A stretch of 64,000 nt of DNA from an uncultured bacterium (GTDB lineage: Bacteria > Oederibacteriota > Oederibacteriia > Oederibacteriales > Oederibacteriaceae), in assembly GCA_965112635.1 (NCBI GenBank), contig OZ218778.1, positions 2,464,001 through 2,528,000 of the forward strand, given 5' to 3'. Shown here piece after piece: positions 1 through 10,445 of the stretch. Position 1 is the first letter of the stretch. Every line of letters begins with the position of its first letter. Below the pieces are notes generated by a model. The model was not told the DNA's origin, did no database searches, and saw only the letters and a program-made list of their open reading frames with translations. Both the position numbers and the translations under genes were made by a program.

Positions 1-726
1 AACCTTTTCACTCCCCAGGGTTCGGGGCAGACTTCGGACGCCAATATCCCCGCCACTGGCAGCACTACGGCCGACAGCAACAGCCACGGCTGGTGGAAAG
101 ACAACCCGCCGGACGCCATGGGCACCGTGACCCTGGTCGGCTCGCACCCCGCCTCAGCCAGCATGACCCTCACCTATGACACCAGCCAGGACTTTGGCAA
201 TTTCTATGCTTGCGACGTATTTCTCCGGAAAGGCACCAATGTTACGCTGACCTTGAGCGGCAGCGGCAGCACCGCCACGGTCCCCACCTCGGGAACAGCC
301 CTGCAGGACAGCTGGGTCACGGTCACCACCACGGCCACCACCGCTGATTTTGCGACCGGCGAAAACATCACCCTGACCTTCGGCAACCTAAGCGCCTCCA
401 GTTGGAACCTCCAGAACTTCAACTTCTTCGTGGACCAGCTCAGGGTCGGCCGTAATCCCGGCAACCCGGGCAATCCCAACTGCGTTCTCTCCCTTATTGA
501 CCTCTCCGTCATGGGCAATAGCAACGACCCCTACAGCTCCGCAGAGCCATTGGTCCCCTCGGATACGTACTGGAACGCCCTGGGCGGCACCCACCCGGGC
601 TACCGCCTGAAAACCATGATCTCGGCCACAAACACGACTCCGCCCGGCTACAATGTAACCGTTGAGGTTTATGACGACAAAACCCAGGTCAAACTCGCTT
701 CAGATACAGACTCTGTCTCCAGATAG
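1..726 (+). CDS. 5'-truncated exported protein of the pilin cluster (possibly PilV-like minor pilin with a large beta-rich domain)
   Basis: Frame is open from base 1 (NLFTPQGSGQ...WWKDNPPDAM) into ORF 118..726. Thr/Ser/Gly-rich beta-type sequence. Stop lies 8 bp before a prepilin gene. Confidence 0.55.
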   Translation, partial: NLFTPQGSGQTSDANIPATGSTTADSNSHGWWKDNPPDAMGTVTLVGSHPASASMTLTYDTSQDFGNFYACDVFLRKGTNVTLTLSGSGSTATVPTSGTALQDSWVTVTTTATTADFATGENITLTFGNLSASSWNLQNFNFFVDQLRVGRNPGNPGNPNCVLSLIDLSVMGNSNDPYSSAEPLVPSDTYWNALGGTHPGYRLKTMISATNTTPPGYNVTVEVYDDKTQVKLASDTDSVSR

Positions 727-734
727 GACATGAT

Positions 735-1451
735 ATGAACAAATCGGGCAAGTTCATTTCAAGCAGGTTCCGGAGAGGCTGGAGCCAAAAAGGATACACT
801 TTAACCGAAGTGGTCATGGCGGCCGCGATCATGGGCATGGCCATGGGCGGAGTTTACATGTTCCTCCGTTTTGTTTTCGTGGCTTTTGACAAGGGGCAAA
901 GCGACATGCTGGCCAATGAGGTGGCTGAGGTCAGCATGTCGGAAATGACCCGGATGATCCGGCAGGCCACCAGCATCACCTTCCCGGCCCCCTCTTTTGC
1001 GCCCACCGCCTTACCCACCCCGGCTCCCGGGCCGCATTATCAGGAGATTTGTTTTAAGGTGCCCAGCCTGACGATCCCCCAGGACTCTGCTTACGACGAC
1101 CAGATCATCTACCGCCTGGTCAAAGTAAGCAGCGGCCGCTACCTGCTCTACCAGTACATCGATCCTTCTCCCGTGACTGCCACCCCCATTCCCATCACCA
1201 ACCAGATGGACCAGTTCCGCAAGCTTTGGACCACCAATCCCTACAACGCCATCAACAGCACCCAAACGGACATCCTCAACGCGTACAACAACCCCAATGT
1301 TTCCTTTGACGACATCACATTTCTTTACGATCCGCCGACCACGGGATCCCCTTTGGTCGGCATCGCCCTGAGCGTTTCAGTCAAAGGTTTTGGGGGGATC
1401 AAGCATCATGCTTTTTTACAAACAGCGGTCGTTCCGTTGCACCTAAAGTGA
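735..1451 (+). CDS. Type IV prepilin-like protein (PilW/GspJ-like minor pilin)
   Basis: Basic leader, then KG|YTLTEVVMAAAIMGMAMGG (class III cleavage site with Glu at +5), followed by the MTRMIRQATSI helix typical of minor pilins. Confidence 0.85.
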   Translation: MNKSGKFISSRFRRGWSQKGYTLTEVVMAAAIMGMAMGGVYMFLRFVFVAFDKGQSDMLANEVAEVSMSEMTRMIRQATSITFPAPSFAPTALPTPAPGPHYQEICFKVPSLTIPQDSAYDDQIIYRLVKVSSGRYLLYQYIDPSPVTATPIPITNQMDQFRKLWTTNPYNAINSTQTDILNAYNNPNVSFDDITFLYDPPTTGSPLVGIALSVSVKGFGGIKHHAFLQTAVVPLHLK

Positions 1452-1484
1452 CCCCGGAACCGGCCAGTCCAAAAGGAGGCAGCT

Positions 1485-4400
1485 ATGAAAAATTTCGGAC
1501 GAAAAAATAAGATCCGGATGGGCTCGTCTTTTCGCCGTCTCCTTGCCTATATCCGGAGTGAAAAAGGCCAGGGGTTCCTGGGCTTTATCTTCGTCGTGGC
1601 CCTTTTGGTGCTGATCGTGACCACCTCCCTGCTCAACCTGGTGGGAGTGCACCTCAGCTTCACCACTCACCAGCGGGCCATGAAACAGGCCATCGGCATG
1701 GCCAACAGCGGCGTGGACCAGGCTCTCGCGGACATCCGCACCAACGTGTACGGTCTTCCGGCCTACCCAAGCACCATCAGCAGAGCCTACGCTTCCAACC
1801 TGACCGTGACCGTGAGCCAGCTGGTCACCGGCTCGCCGGCGGTCCCGCAAACCGATTTTGAGGGGAACAATCTATACCAGATAGACTCCTACTCTTTTGG
1901 CGTGACCACGCTCGCCGCCGTGGGCAACACCCAGATAGGCCGTCACACCAGGTCCACGATCGCCCTGGTGAATCCCCTGACCTTTAACCGGCTGGTCAAC
2001 TCCAACGAGACCATCGGGATTTCAGGGGGGGGGACCACTATTTTTGACGGATTCCTGCATGTCAACGGCGTCCTCACCTTTAGCGGCGGCACCATCTATT
2101 GCAACGCCAAATACCTGAACCAGAACGACCCCACCTCCCTCAATCCCAACTACTATTCCGACTACGGCGTGGGCGCCGCTCAAACCATCGTTATAGACCC
2201 GTCAACAAGTCCGGCAACAAAGGTTTATTCCCAGGACTTCAATGACATTTTCGGCATGAATTTGACCGCTTGTTCCAGCTCCAGCCCCAGTTTCAACATC
2301 ATGTCCAATATTGCCTATCCCTTTGGCACCAAATACCACAACGGCGCTTCTTCGCCTCCTGATGGGGCCTGGATGGACGGCAGCCGCGGCAGCAGCTTTG
2401 TGACCTTCTCTGTCCTCAATTACGCCTACTATTCGGGCCTGACCACCATTGCCCTGGACCAGGCCAGCCTGCCGGCCTATGTCAACCAGATAGATTCCAG
2501 GAACGACGGGAATATTGATTCTGTGGATATCAATTTGTCCCTGCTCGGCACAGGCGCTCAGGGAGACATCACCGCCGGGCACTTCAGCTCTTATATGAAC
2601 CAAACCAACTATCCCAACGGCATGCTGGTCATGGTCATCGGCCAGGCCGCGGTCCATGGCAAGATACCTTGGCTGAGCGGACTCAATAACAAAAAAATAA
2701 CCATCCTGGCCACCAAGGGCATCAACATCCTCGGGGACACCCTTTATTCCGGGGATAACTACACCACCATCGGGACCAGCGAAAACAGCACGACCCTGGA
2801 GGATGGCACAGGGCCTGCCAGCAACTGGTCGCCGTCCACCATGAACACTTTCCAAAGCAGCATGTCTCCGCCCAGCACCCTGCCCACCCCCAATTTCAGC
2901 AATCCTAGCGGCGATGCGGTCCGTAACACTACGGGTTATTCCCTGAAATTGCTCGGTCATATCCTGGCCGGCAGCGGCACCGTCAACTGTTTCATCCCGA
3001 TTAAAAATTATCCCATTCCCCCGGTCATCCCCTCGCCCTCGCAGGCCGGGAACAAGATCTTCCTGTCCTATGACGTGCAGCAGCCCATGCATGTATACCA
3101 GTCCAATCCCTGCGCCGATTACCCCCACTTTAACACCAACCAAAACTATATCGGCGCCGTGGTGTTGACCGGCGGGACCGTGGGCACCACCCGCGGCATC
3201 GGCCTGACCGACCTACAAGGGGGCATCACCGCCGACCCCAACGCCCAAGTGACCGGCTCTGCCTGGGCCACCTGGTACCACCGGGATATTGACATCACCA
3301 GCCTGGCCGGCAAAACTTTCCAAAATGTCACGCTGGGCTATGAAATGCCCAATCCCTCCAATTCCAGCGCCTCTGACTTTGAACTGTGCTATGCCAATAT
3401 CAGGATCACGGAACTATACGGGAGCTCCGCCTTCCCCAATGTCATCCGGCTGGACCTTTTTTCCGACGACAATATAGGCACTTCCACCATTACTACTTTT
3501 GACCAGACCACTTATGTGCCCACCAGCACTCCCTTTATCCCCACTAACACTTTCACGACAACAAGGACTTTTACCAACACCCCTACGGGCAGCAAAACTC
3601 CCACTAACACACAGACCGCTACCAATACCCCTACCTGCAGCGGAGGACATACCTGTACCTTTACCCAAACCTTTACCAACACGGGCACCAACACCAGTAC
3701 CGGCACTCCCACCAGCACGCCAACTTCCGTGGCCCTGTATGCCGTGCCCACACCCAACCAGACTCCGGGAAACAATATCGTGGCCCTGTCCACCGACATC
3801 CTGGAACAAGACGGCAGCTGGGTAGGTCCCATGGGCGCCTATAACGCCTATTTTGACGAGACCTTCAATTTCACCTCTGCCCGTGAGGAGACCTACGTGG
3901 ACAATAACTGCCTGCTAGCCCACATCCTCATGTCCCACGATGACACGGACTGTAGCAATACGACTTTGTGCGGAGGGAACACCAACGGGACGCATATTTT
4001 TGATTACGAGGATCCTTATCTGCAGATGGTCATCCCCCAGAGGGACTACTATGGGGGCACCCACTATGTGACAGAAAAATTTGGTCTGCCCACTAGCTGG
4101 CCGAGTTCGATCGGGCACGTGGGCTACAACGCGGACACCAGCTCCAACTTCGGGTGGACCACCCTGAGTTATCCTTTAAGCGACGCTACTCTGGACAACC
4201 TGATCAGCTGGGGTAATATCCAGGTCGGTTTTGAAGCGACCAATCTGGAAAAATTCCACTGGAAAAACTTCTATGTGAGCCAGATCCAGCTGGTCCCGGG
4301 CTCCTACCCGCCCTATCGCCAGGCCCTTACCCCGACGATCGTGGGTTCTTTCACCTATTCCCAGCCGTTCACCAATCCTTCCAACGACTGCCTTTTGCTT

Positions 4401-4727
4401 TTGTCCGGAGGCAACATCACCCTGACCACGGACCGTCGCAATGACGCGCGCTACTACCAAAATCCTTACGACTGCAAGGTGGACGCTTACCTTTACACTT
4501 CGGCCACAGGCTCTTACTTCACCACGATCGGTTCCTACAGCGGGATCCCCCAGTTGACCGTTTACGGAGGCCTGGGCGAGCAATATCAGACCATGGGAAC
4601 ATCCTCTCCGCAGGCCATCTTTAATAAGATCCGCTGGGTCTATGACCGGGGCCTGGTCAACAACGCCCCGCCTAATTTGGTCCCCAAAGGGATCATTGTG
4701 TACTCCTACCAGGAACTTTTACAGTAG
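1485..4727 (+). CDS. Large PilX/GspK-like minor pilin with inserted passenger domains
   Basis: RBS AGGAGG. EKG|QGFLGFIFVVALLVLIVTTSLL lacks Glu5, as in PilX. QAIGMANSGVDQAL matches the PilX A..AEAG helix. Thr/Pro linker. C-terminal YDRGL..APP..YSYQE. Confidence 0.7.
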   Translation: MKNFGRKNKIRMGSSFRRLLAYIRSEKGQGFLGFIFVVALLVLIVTTSLLNLVGVHLSFTTHQRAMKQAIGMANSGVDQALADIRTNVYGLPAYPSTISRAYASNLTVTVSQLVTGSPAVPQTDFEGNNLYQIDSYSFGVTTLAAVGNTQIGRHTRSTIALVNPLTFNRLVNSNETIGISGGGTTIFDGFLHVNGVLTFSGGTIYCNAKYLNQNDPTSLNPNYYSDYGVGAAQTIVIDPSTSPATKVYSQDFNDIFGMNLTACSSSSPSFNIMSNIAYPFGTKYHNGASSPPDGAWMDGSRGSSFVTFSVLNYAYYSGLTTIALDQASLPAYVNQIDSRNDGNIDSVDINLSLLGTGAQGDITAGHFSSYMNQTNYPNGMLVMVIGQAAVHGKIPWLSGLNNKKITILATKGINILGDTLYSGDNYTTIGTSENSTTLEDGTGPASNWSPSTMNTFQSSMSPPSTLPTPNFSNPSGDAVRNTTGYSLKLLGHILAGSGTVNCFIPIKNYPIPPVIPSPSQAGNKIFLSYDVQQPMHVYQSNPCADYPHFNTNQNYIGAVVLTGGTVGTTRGIGLTDLQGGITADPNAQVTGSAWATWYHRDIDITSLAGKTFQNVTLGYEMPNPSNSSASDFELCYANIRITELYGSSAFPNVIRLDLFSDDNIGTSTITTFDQTTYVPTSTPFIPTNTFTTTRTFTNTPTGSKTPTNTQTATNTPTCSGGHTCTFTQTFTNTGTNTSTGTPTSTPTSVALYAVPTPNQTPGNNIVALSTDILEQDGSWVGPMGAYNAYFDETFNFTSAREETYVDNNCLLAHILMSHDDTDCSNTTLCGGNTNGTHIFDYEDPYLQMVIPQRDYYGGTHYVTEKFGLPTSWPSSIGHVGYNADTSSNFGWTTLSYPLSDATLDNLISWGNIQVGFEATNLEKFHWKNFYVSQIQLVPGSYPPYRQALTPTIVGSFTYSQPFTNPSNDCLLLLSGGNITLTTDRRNDARYYQNPYDCKVDAYLYTSATGSYFTTIGSYSGIPQLTVYGGLGEQYQTMGTSSPQAIFNKIRWVYDRGLVNNAPPNLVPKGIIVYSYQELLQ

Positions 4728-4746
4728 GGGTTTCCTGGAAATTCCT

Positions 4747-4780
4747 GCTCCAGGAGGGATTCACTGCCTCCTCCTGGAGC
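4747..4780 (+). terminator. GC-rich hairpin after the pilin cluster (possible terminator or stability element)
   Basis: GCTCCAGGAGG (4747-4757) pairs perfectly with CCTCCTGGAGC (4770-4780). The U-tract is weak. Confidence 0.4.
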
Positions 4781-4900
4781 TTCAGAAAAAACATTTCTGG
4801 CCGGGAACTTACCGGGATTTGAAGTGTCTAATTTGGAGAATGGAGCAGGATTGAGTTATAATAGCGTATTATTAATTAAAATCCCTTACATTCCAGAGCG

Positions 4901-7900
4901 GTGAGAAAAAGCATGCGGAAGTTCTTATTTATAATAGCTCTAGCGATTTTTATTGCTTGGCTGGTTTATTTACCAGCGCAAGCCTCCACCACGACGGTGT
5001 ATCTGCAAAGGGCCAACGCCGGCGTGCCCACCACCAATGCCGTTCCGGGCGTCCTGACCACCACAGCTGGGGCTGTCACGGTTTATGACAATTTTCCTGC
5101 CGCCAATTTTCCCAGCATCTACACCTATGACTACTTTAACTATTTTTATGGCGATGGCAGCGGGCTCGGCCCCCCTCCTGCCGCCAATGTGATCAGCTAT
5201 GTGATGGGCGGGTTCACGGGTTCCCTCGATGGCTCCAAACAACCTTCTGACCTGAATCTCTATCTGTATTGGGAAAATATGACTGGCGGGAGCCTTTGGG
5301 CCGAGATGGAGGTCCAAGTCATTTTCCTGTTCAACGGGACTGCCGGCGGACCAACCCTGACCCTGACCTATGATCGCCATGACTGGCCCAGCGTCTCAGG
5401 GTACAGCGCGGGAAACCCGGTCAAATATAACCAGAGCAGCCCCCGCGTGGAATCTGCCAACGGTTATGTCAACGGCCAATCCATGATCAACGGCAAGGTG
5501 CTCCTCAACCTTTTCAATACAGGCGGGGACGAGCAGGGCCGTATCAAAGTGGACGCCCCTCTGGTCGGCACTCCCAGTTACATCGTCATCCCCTACGGCG
5601 CCAGCAGCAGCGAGGTTTCCACGGCCATCAGCCCTAATGTCGCGCCTCTCAACTCCCCAGCGGTCTTGACCTACTCTATCTTGAACAACCCCGGCGGGCT
5701 GGGATCTGTCGCCGCGGTCAACATCACGGTGCCTGGAGGGATCACCCTGCCCGGCGGTAACTTCTATAGTATTAATTCGGCCAACAGCGTCAAAGGCACC
5801 GCCAGCATCCTGCAGGCCGCCGACAGCTCTCATGACGGTGTTGTCCAGGTCGTGTATGACGGGGTCAATAACCTGTCAGTCACTGCCCAGGACACTGTGA
5901 CCATTTCCGTAAACACCCCGACCAGCCTTTTCATACCTCCGGACGCCTCCTGGAGGTCAATCTTTAAGTATTCGGGAGGTCTTTTCACCGATACTTCGGA
6001 GGTGTATCCGGGATCTACGGATGTCAGAGTGGTTGGGCTCTCCTCGGCGACGGACAGCATCACCACATCATTCTCACCGCCCTATGACCACAAGATCACC
6101 ACGGGGTCCTTGGGTCAGACCCTGACCTACACCATCACCAACAGCCCCAGCTCGCCGGAAATGCTGGCTAGCGCCATAGTCACCATTCCGGGCGGGGTAG
6201 CCGGAGAATTCTTCTCAGGCATCACCATCACAGGCACAAGCGCCAACGTATCCGTGACCTCCATGATCTATCCCTCGGCTTCCTTACCAGGGTCTATTTC
6301 CCTGCTCTTTCCCGGAGGCCTGACCGCTACGGCCGGCAGCAGCAGTGCTACGGTCAGCCTGCTTGTCTCCGGTCCGACCGGCGTGACGACCACGACCTGG
6401 ACCACCCTGTTCAGCACTGTAGCCTACCAGTACCTTACGGCAACCGGAGGCACCAACGAACAGATCAACGCGGTCACTCCTCCCACGGCTACAGCCAGCA
6501 TCAGCCCCACGCAGCTGGATATCGGCCAGAACAGCATCAAATTGATCTATTCCATCGATATGGTCTCGGCGCCTAAGGCTGTCACCCAGGTCGCCGTGAC
6601 CGTGCCCAGCAGCTTTACGGTGACCGGCGTGACCAGCCATTTGGCCACCCTGGTCACCACCCCCGTAGCCAGCGGCGGCACCATCACCCTGGGTTATGCT
6701 GGCCTGACCGCCGGCCAGTGGGATTACCTCACCATCACGGCCAACACCGGCAGCTCCTACTCTGTGGATAACTGGTCAGCGGTCATGGCCAACCCTGACC
6801 TGGTCCAGGTCCCCTTGGGCGGTTCCACGAGCACCTGGACCTTCCAGCTTCCTCCGGAGGGTTTCGTTTCGCCCAGCACCATGGTCCCCGGCCAGGCCGC
6901 CAGCCCCTACCTCTTCCAAATGATCAACGGGGGCACCTCCGGCCAGGACGACGCCTATATGAAAACCGTCATCACCATCCCGGCAGCCATAAGCGTCACG
7001 GGCGTGACCGGCCCTACCGGCACCAAGACCTGGATTAGCTCTTGGACGCCGGGCTACAACACCATCACCCTGACCGCCAATACGGGGCAGGGGTTGGATA
7101 CCCCGGATTTCGAGGACATCACCATCACGGCCTCCACCAGCATTTCCGGACAGATGTATTGCGGCTTTTCCGCTGTGGGAGCCTACGGAGGGACCTCAAC
7201 CGCGGTCGCGACCTTTGGCCACAGCTTGACCGTGACTTCGCTGACCCTTTCGGCCCTGGGCATCATCACCCCGCGCGTGGTGGATGTGGGCCAGACCAGG
7301 ACATTTGTCTACACTTTTACGAACACAGGGGGCGGCGCCCCGCTAGGCGATGACATCCAGAGCGCGCAGTTCACTTTCCCGGCCGGCTGGGCCATTGTCA
7401 GCGCTTCCGGCGTCACGGTTTCTCCCGCGACCGGCGTGAAAACATGGAACGCGCCGGTTGTCGTCGGCCTGACCGTAACCATGACCGCCCAAGGCTCGGC
7501 CAACTACCTGGGTAACGCCGAATCCGTAAGCGTCAGCGTCGTGGTCACCGCGCCTTTGGCAGCGGCAACGCCGGTCGCCATCTCCGCCAACCTCACGGGC
7601 AGGGTCATACCCAGCGCCACCCCCGTGGAAGCGGTTCCCGGGAACGGCGACATGAAAGTCAAAGCGGCCGCAGTCAGCAGCCAGGGGTTTATCACGCCCA
7701 ACACGGCCCTGGTGTCGCAGTCCCGCAGCTTCCTGCTCACTTTCAGTGATACGGGCAGCGGCACCACGGGCGACAACCTGACCTCGTTCCTCATCAGCCT
7801 GCCTCCCAATTACACCATCACAGCTGTGAACCCCGTGCTGGCTTCCGCTGACTCGTGGACTATCGCCTCTAACAGCTCTTCGGTGACCCTGACCGCCACG

Positions 7901-10408
7901 GGAAACGGCATACCCCCCAACGGCTATGTTTATGTGACCATCACGGCCACGACCCCGGCAGCCAGTTCCAGCGGTCTTTACACCAGTTGGGGAGTACGGA
8001 CCACGGGCCAAGCCGGCGCGACCAATGCCGTCACTGGCTGGCAGCCCAATGACCTGGGAGTACGCGTCAGTCCGTTTGGTTCTCAGGGATGGGTCATTCC
8101 GCCGGCCGTGGATATCAACCAGACCCAGTATTTTACGGCCACCTTTAGCAATACCGGGGGTGCCAACGCCGACAATATCAACTCATACATATTCAGCGTC
8201 CCGGCCGGATTTACCATCATGGGCGCGGTCAATATGACCGCCACTTCGACTTCAGGGCCCTGGAGCAGTTATTACAACGGCAGCGGCCAGGATATTACCC
8301 TGACCGCCATCGGCGCTCCCTCTATACCTAACATGGGATCGGTAAGTCTGGGGATCACCCTGACCGCCCAGGCTACGGCGGCTCCCTTCAACTGGACAGC
8401 CCTGGCCGTAAGCGCCTTTAGCGCGGATGGGTCCACTCCGGTCAGCGGTCTAGGTGCGGTCGGTATCGAAAACCTGAGCGCGATCGCCTCTGTTGCTCCG
8501 CAAAATCTGGGTTTGAATTTATACAGCGTTCTCGCCTATACCATCACCAATACCGGCGGTGCAGGCGGAGACACTATTAACAACGTATTCATCAGCCTGC
8601 CTCCTGGTTACCCAGCTTCGGGGATGCAGGTAACTAATATCACAGACAGCCGCAGCGGGACTTCCTGGTTGGGTCCGGTTGGCGGTTTCAGCAGCTTGAC
8701 GGTTTCGGCCTCAGCGCCCGCTTCAGCCCTGAGCAACGGGGACATCCTGACTGTCTATCTCGGAGTAACCGCTTCGGCCGCGTCAGCAGCGCCAGCCCTG
8801 TGGCCGGTCAATGTGACCGGCTCCCTAGGCGGCACGGTTGCGGCCAATCCGCTTTCTCCCGGCAGCATGTCCGTAGGGGTATTTGACCCGCCGCTGGTAG
8901 AGGCGGTCCTGACCGTGCCCGGCGGAGGCAACACTATCTTATGCAATCAGACAGGGACGCAACTTGACTACCAAATAAGGAACATGTCAGACACAGCTAA
9001 AACCACCGAACCGCTGCAAAGCGTTGTGATTAATGTTCCCTCTAATTTTACTAATATTTCAGCGGTAAGTTTGACCGGATCAGCCAGCGTGAACGGGAAT
9101 GTGCTGACCATTACCTATGGTCCCGGTGCCCTCACCCCCACCGGCACGGACCTGGTCTCTATTTATAGCGATATCGGGACGGTTGTCAGCAGTACCAACT
9201 ACTACTTCAGCGTGACCGCCACGACCACGGCTTACGGCCTTTCTGATAACGAGATGCCTTTGTTCGGCAGTTTGACCATTACGGCCCTGACCGCGGCCCA
9301 AGCACCGACCAGGGCACTGGCCCTTGTCCTGCCCAACGCGGTGGGAGTATCCAGAACAGCGACCTTTGCCTATGCTTTGAACAACCTTGGATTACCCGGC
9401 CCTTCTGGCGTCTCCATCACCGCGGCCCATATATTTGTACCCCACGACTACCAATTCCAAGCTACCAATATCGCCGCTTTCCCCGTCACTACCGCCGCCA
9501 TCTCGGTCCCCAGTAACGGGGACAACGGCAAGACCAAACGGGTGGATATCACTTTTGCCAACGGCGGATTACCCATATCCCAGACCTGTATCTTTACCTT
9601 TACCAACATCACCACTCCGGCTACGGCCCAGTCACTGACCTGGACCGCGACCGTGGATACCGGCACGGTCTCCGGCATCAACTCCTCGCCGGCTTCAGCC
9701 GACGCCCTCACGGTCTATGTGGTCGGGCCTCCGCAGTTCACGGCCAAAATACTGCAGACCGTCAATGCGACCTTGAACTCAACGGCCACGATCCTCTATC
9801 AGGTCAAAAACCCGGCCGCCAGCCGCGACACCCTGACCGGGGTCAATATAGCCATCCCCTCGGGCTGGACGGCCCTGTCCGCCCGGACCGACAGCGGCAC
9901 GGTCACTGTCCCTGGCGGAGGCGGCAGCGTCATCATCGGCGGCTTGACCGTGACCAGCACCCTTACCCAGGATGCCTACGTCAACGTCACCATCCAGGCC
10001 ACCTCTCCGGCTTCTGGCACGGTCTTTACCTTTAACGCGAGGGTCAACACCGGTCTCTACCCCGCTGCCAACACGCTCATCATCAACGCTGGAAGTTCTG
10101 ACGTCCAGATCACCCTGACCACCCCGGTCGCCAGCATGGCGGTCAACAAAAATTTCATCAATCCCCTGCATGGAGACCTGGCCACGGTGACCTACTCGGT
10201 AGCGGCCGACGCTGATGTCTACGTCTGTCTCTACAGTGTGCACGGCGACCTGGTTAAAGTATTGGACAAGGGGCATAAGGCAATGGGCACCTACATGGTC
10301 ACCTGGGACGGGAAAGCCAGCGGTAGCAACGTGGCCAGCGGCGTGTATATCATCTTTGTCCAGGTCGGGTCGTTCAAAGACAACCGCAAGCTGATCGTGA
10401 TCAAGTAA
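4901..10408 (+). CDS. Giant secreted Ig-like repeat protein with C-terminal FlgD-Ig/T9SS sorting-like domain
   Basis: Signal peptide ending AQA. About 11 repeats of ~130 aa (consensus ..isP...ltyti.N.g....i..v.i.vP.gft). C-terminus VCLYSVHGDLVKVL...VTWDGK...VASGVYIIFVQ...KLIVIK. Confidence 0.8.
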   Translation: MRKSMRKFLFIIALAIFIAWLVYLPAQASTTTVYLQRANAGVPTTNAVPGVLTTTAGAVTVYDNFPAANFPSIYTYDYFNYFYGDGSGLGPPPAANVISYVMGGFTGSLDGSKQPSDLNLYLYWENMTGGSLWAEMEVQVIFLFNGTAGGPTLTLTYDRHDWPSVSGYSAGNPVKYNQSSPRVESANGYVNGQSMINGKVLLNLFNTGGDEQGRIKVDAPLVGTPSYIVIPYGASSSEVSTAISPNVAPLNSPAVLTYSILNNPGGLGSVAAVNITVPGGITLPGGNFYSINSANSVKGTASILQAADSSHDGVVQVVYDGVNNLSVTAQDTVTISVNTPTSLFIPPDASWRSIFKYSGGLFTDTSEVYPGSTDVRVVGLSSATDSITTSFSPPYDHKITTGSLGQTLTYTITNSPSSPEMLASAIVTIPGGVAGEFFSGITITGTSANVSVTSMIYPSASLPGSISLLFPGGLTATAGSSSATVSLLVSGPTGVTTTTWTTLFSTVAYQYLTATGGTNEQINAVTPPTATASISPTQLDIGQNSIKLIYSIDMVSAPKAVTQVAVTVPSSFTVTGVTSHLATLVTTPVASGGTITLGYAGLTAGQWDYLTITANTGSSYSVDNWSAVMANPDLVQVPLGGSTSTWTFQLPPEGFVSPSTMVPGQAASPYLFQMINGGTSGQDDAYMKTVITIPAAISVTGVTGPTGTKTWISSWTPGYNTITLTANTGQGLDTPDFEDITITASTSISGQMYCGFSAVGAYGGTSTAVATFGHSLTVTSLTLSALGIITPRVVDVGQTRTFVYTFTNTGGGAPLGDDIQSAQFTFPAGWAIVSASGVTVSPATGVKTWNAPVVVGLTVTMTAQGSANYLGNAESVSVSVVVTAPLAAATPVAISANLTGRVIPSATPVEAVPGNGDMKVKAAAVSSQGFITPNTALVSQSRSFLLTFSDTGSGTTGDNLTSFLISLPPNYTITAVNPVLASADSWTIASNSSSVTLTATGNGIPPNGYVYVTITATTPAASSSGLYTSWGVRTTGQAGATNAVTGWQPNDLGVRVSPFGSQGWVIPPAVDINQTQYFTATFSNTGGANADNINSYIFSVPAGFTIMGAVNMTATSTSGPWSSYYNGSGQDITLTAIGAPSIPNMGSVSLGITLTAQATAAPFNWTALAVSAFSADGSTPVSGLGAVGIENLSAIASVAPQNLGLNLYSVLAYTITNTGGAGGDTINNVFISLPPGYPASGMQVTNITDSRSGTSWLGPVGGFSSLTVSASAPASALSNGDILTVYLGVTASAASAAPALWPVNVTGSLGGTVAANPLSPGSMSVGVFDPPLVEAVLTVPGGGNTILCNQTGTQLDYQIRNMSDTAKTTEPLQSVVINVPSNFTNISAVSLTGSASVNGNVLTITYGPGALTPTGTDLVSIYSDIGTVVSSTNYYFSVTATTTAYGLSDNEMPLFGSLTITALTAAQAPTRALALVLPNAVGVSRTATFAYALNNLGLPGPSGVSITAAHIFVPHDYQFQATNIAAFPVTTAAISVPSNGDNGKTKRVDITFANGGLPISQTCIFTFTNITTPATAQSLTWTATVDTGTVSGINSSPASADALTVYVVGPPQFTAKILQTVNATLNSTATILYQVKNPAASRDTLTGVNIAIPSGWTALSARTDSGTVTVPGGGGSVIIGGLTVTSTLTQDAYVNVTIQATSPASGTVFTFNARVNTGLYPAANTLIINAGSSDVQITLTTPVASMAVNKNFINPLHGDLATVTYSVAADADVYVCLYSVHGDLVKVLDKGHKAMGTYMVTWDGKASGSNVASGVYIIFVQVGSFKDNRKLIVIK

Positions 10409-10445
10409 GCCATATCTTACGGAACTGGAGAAGGGCTGCTCACAG

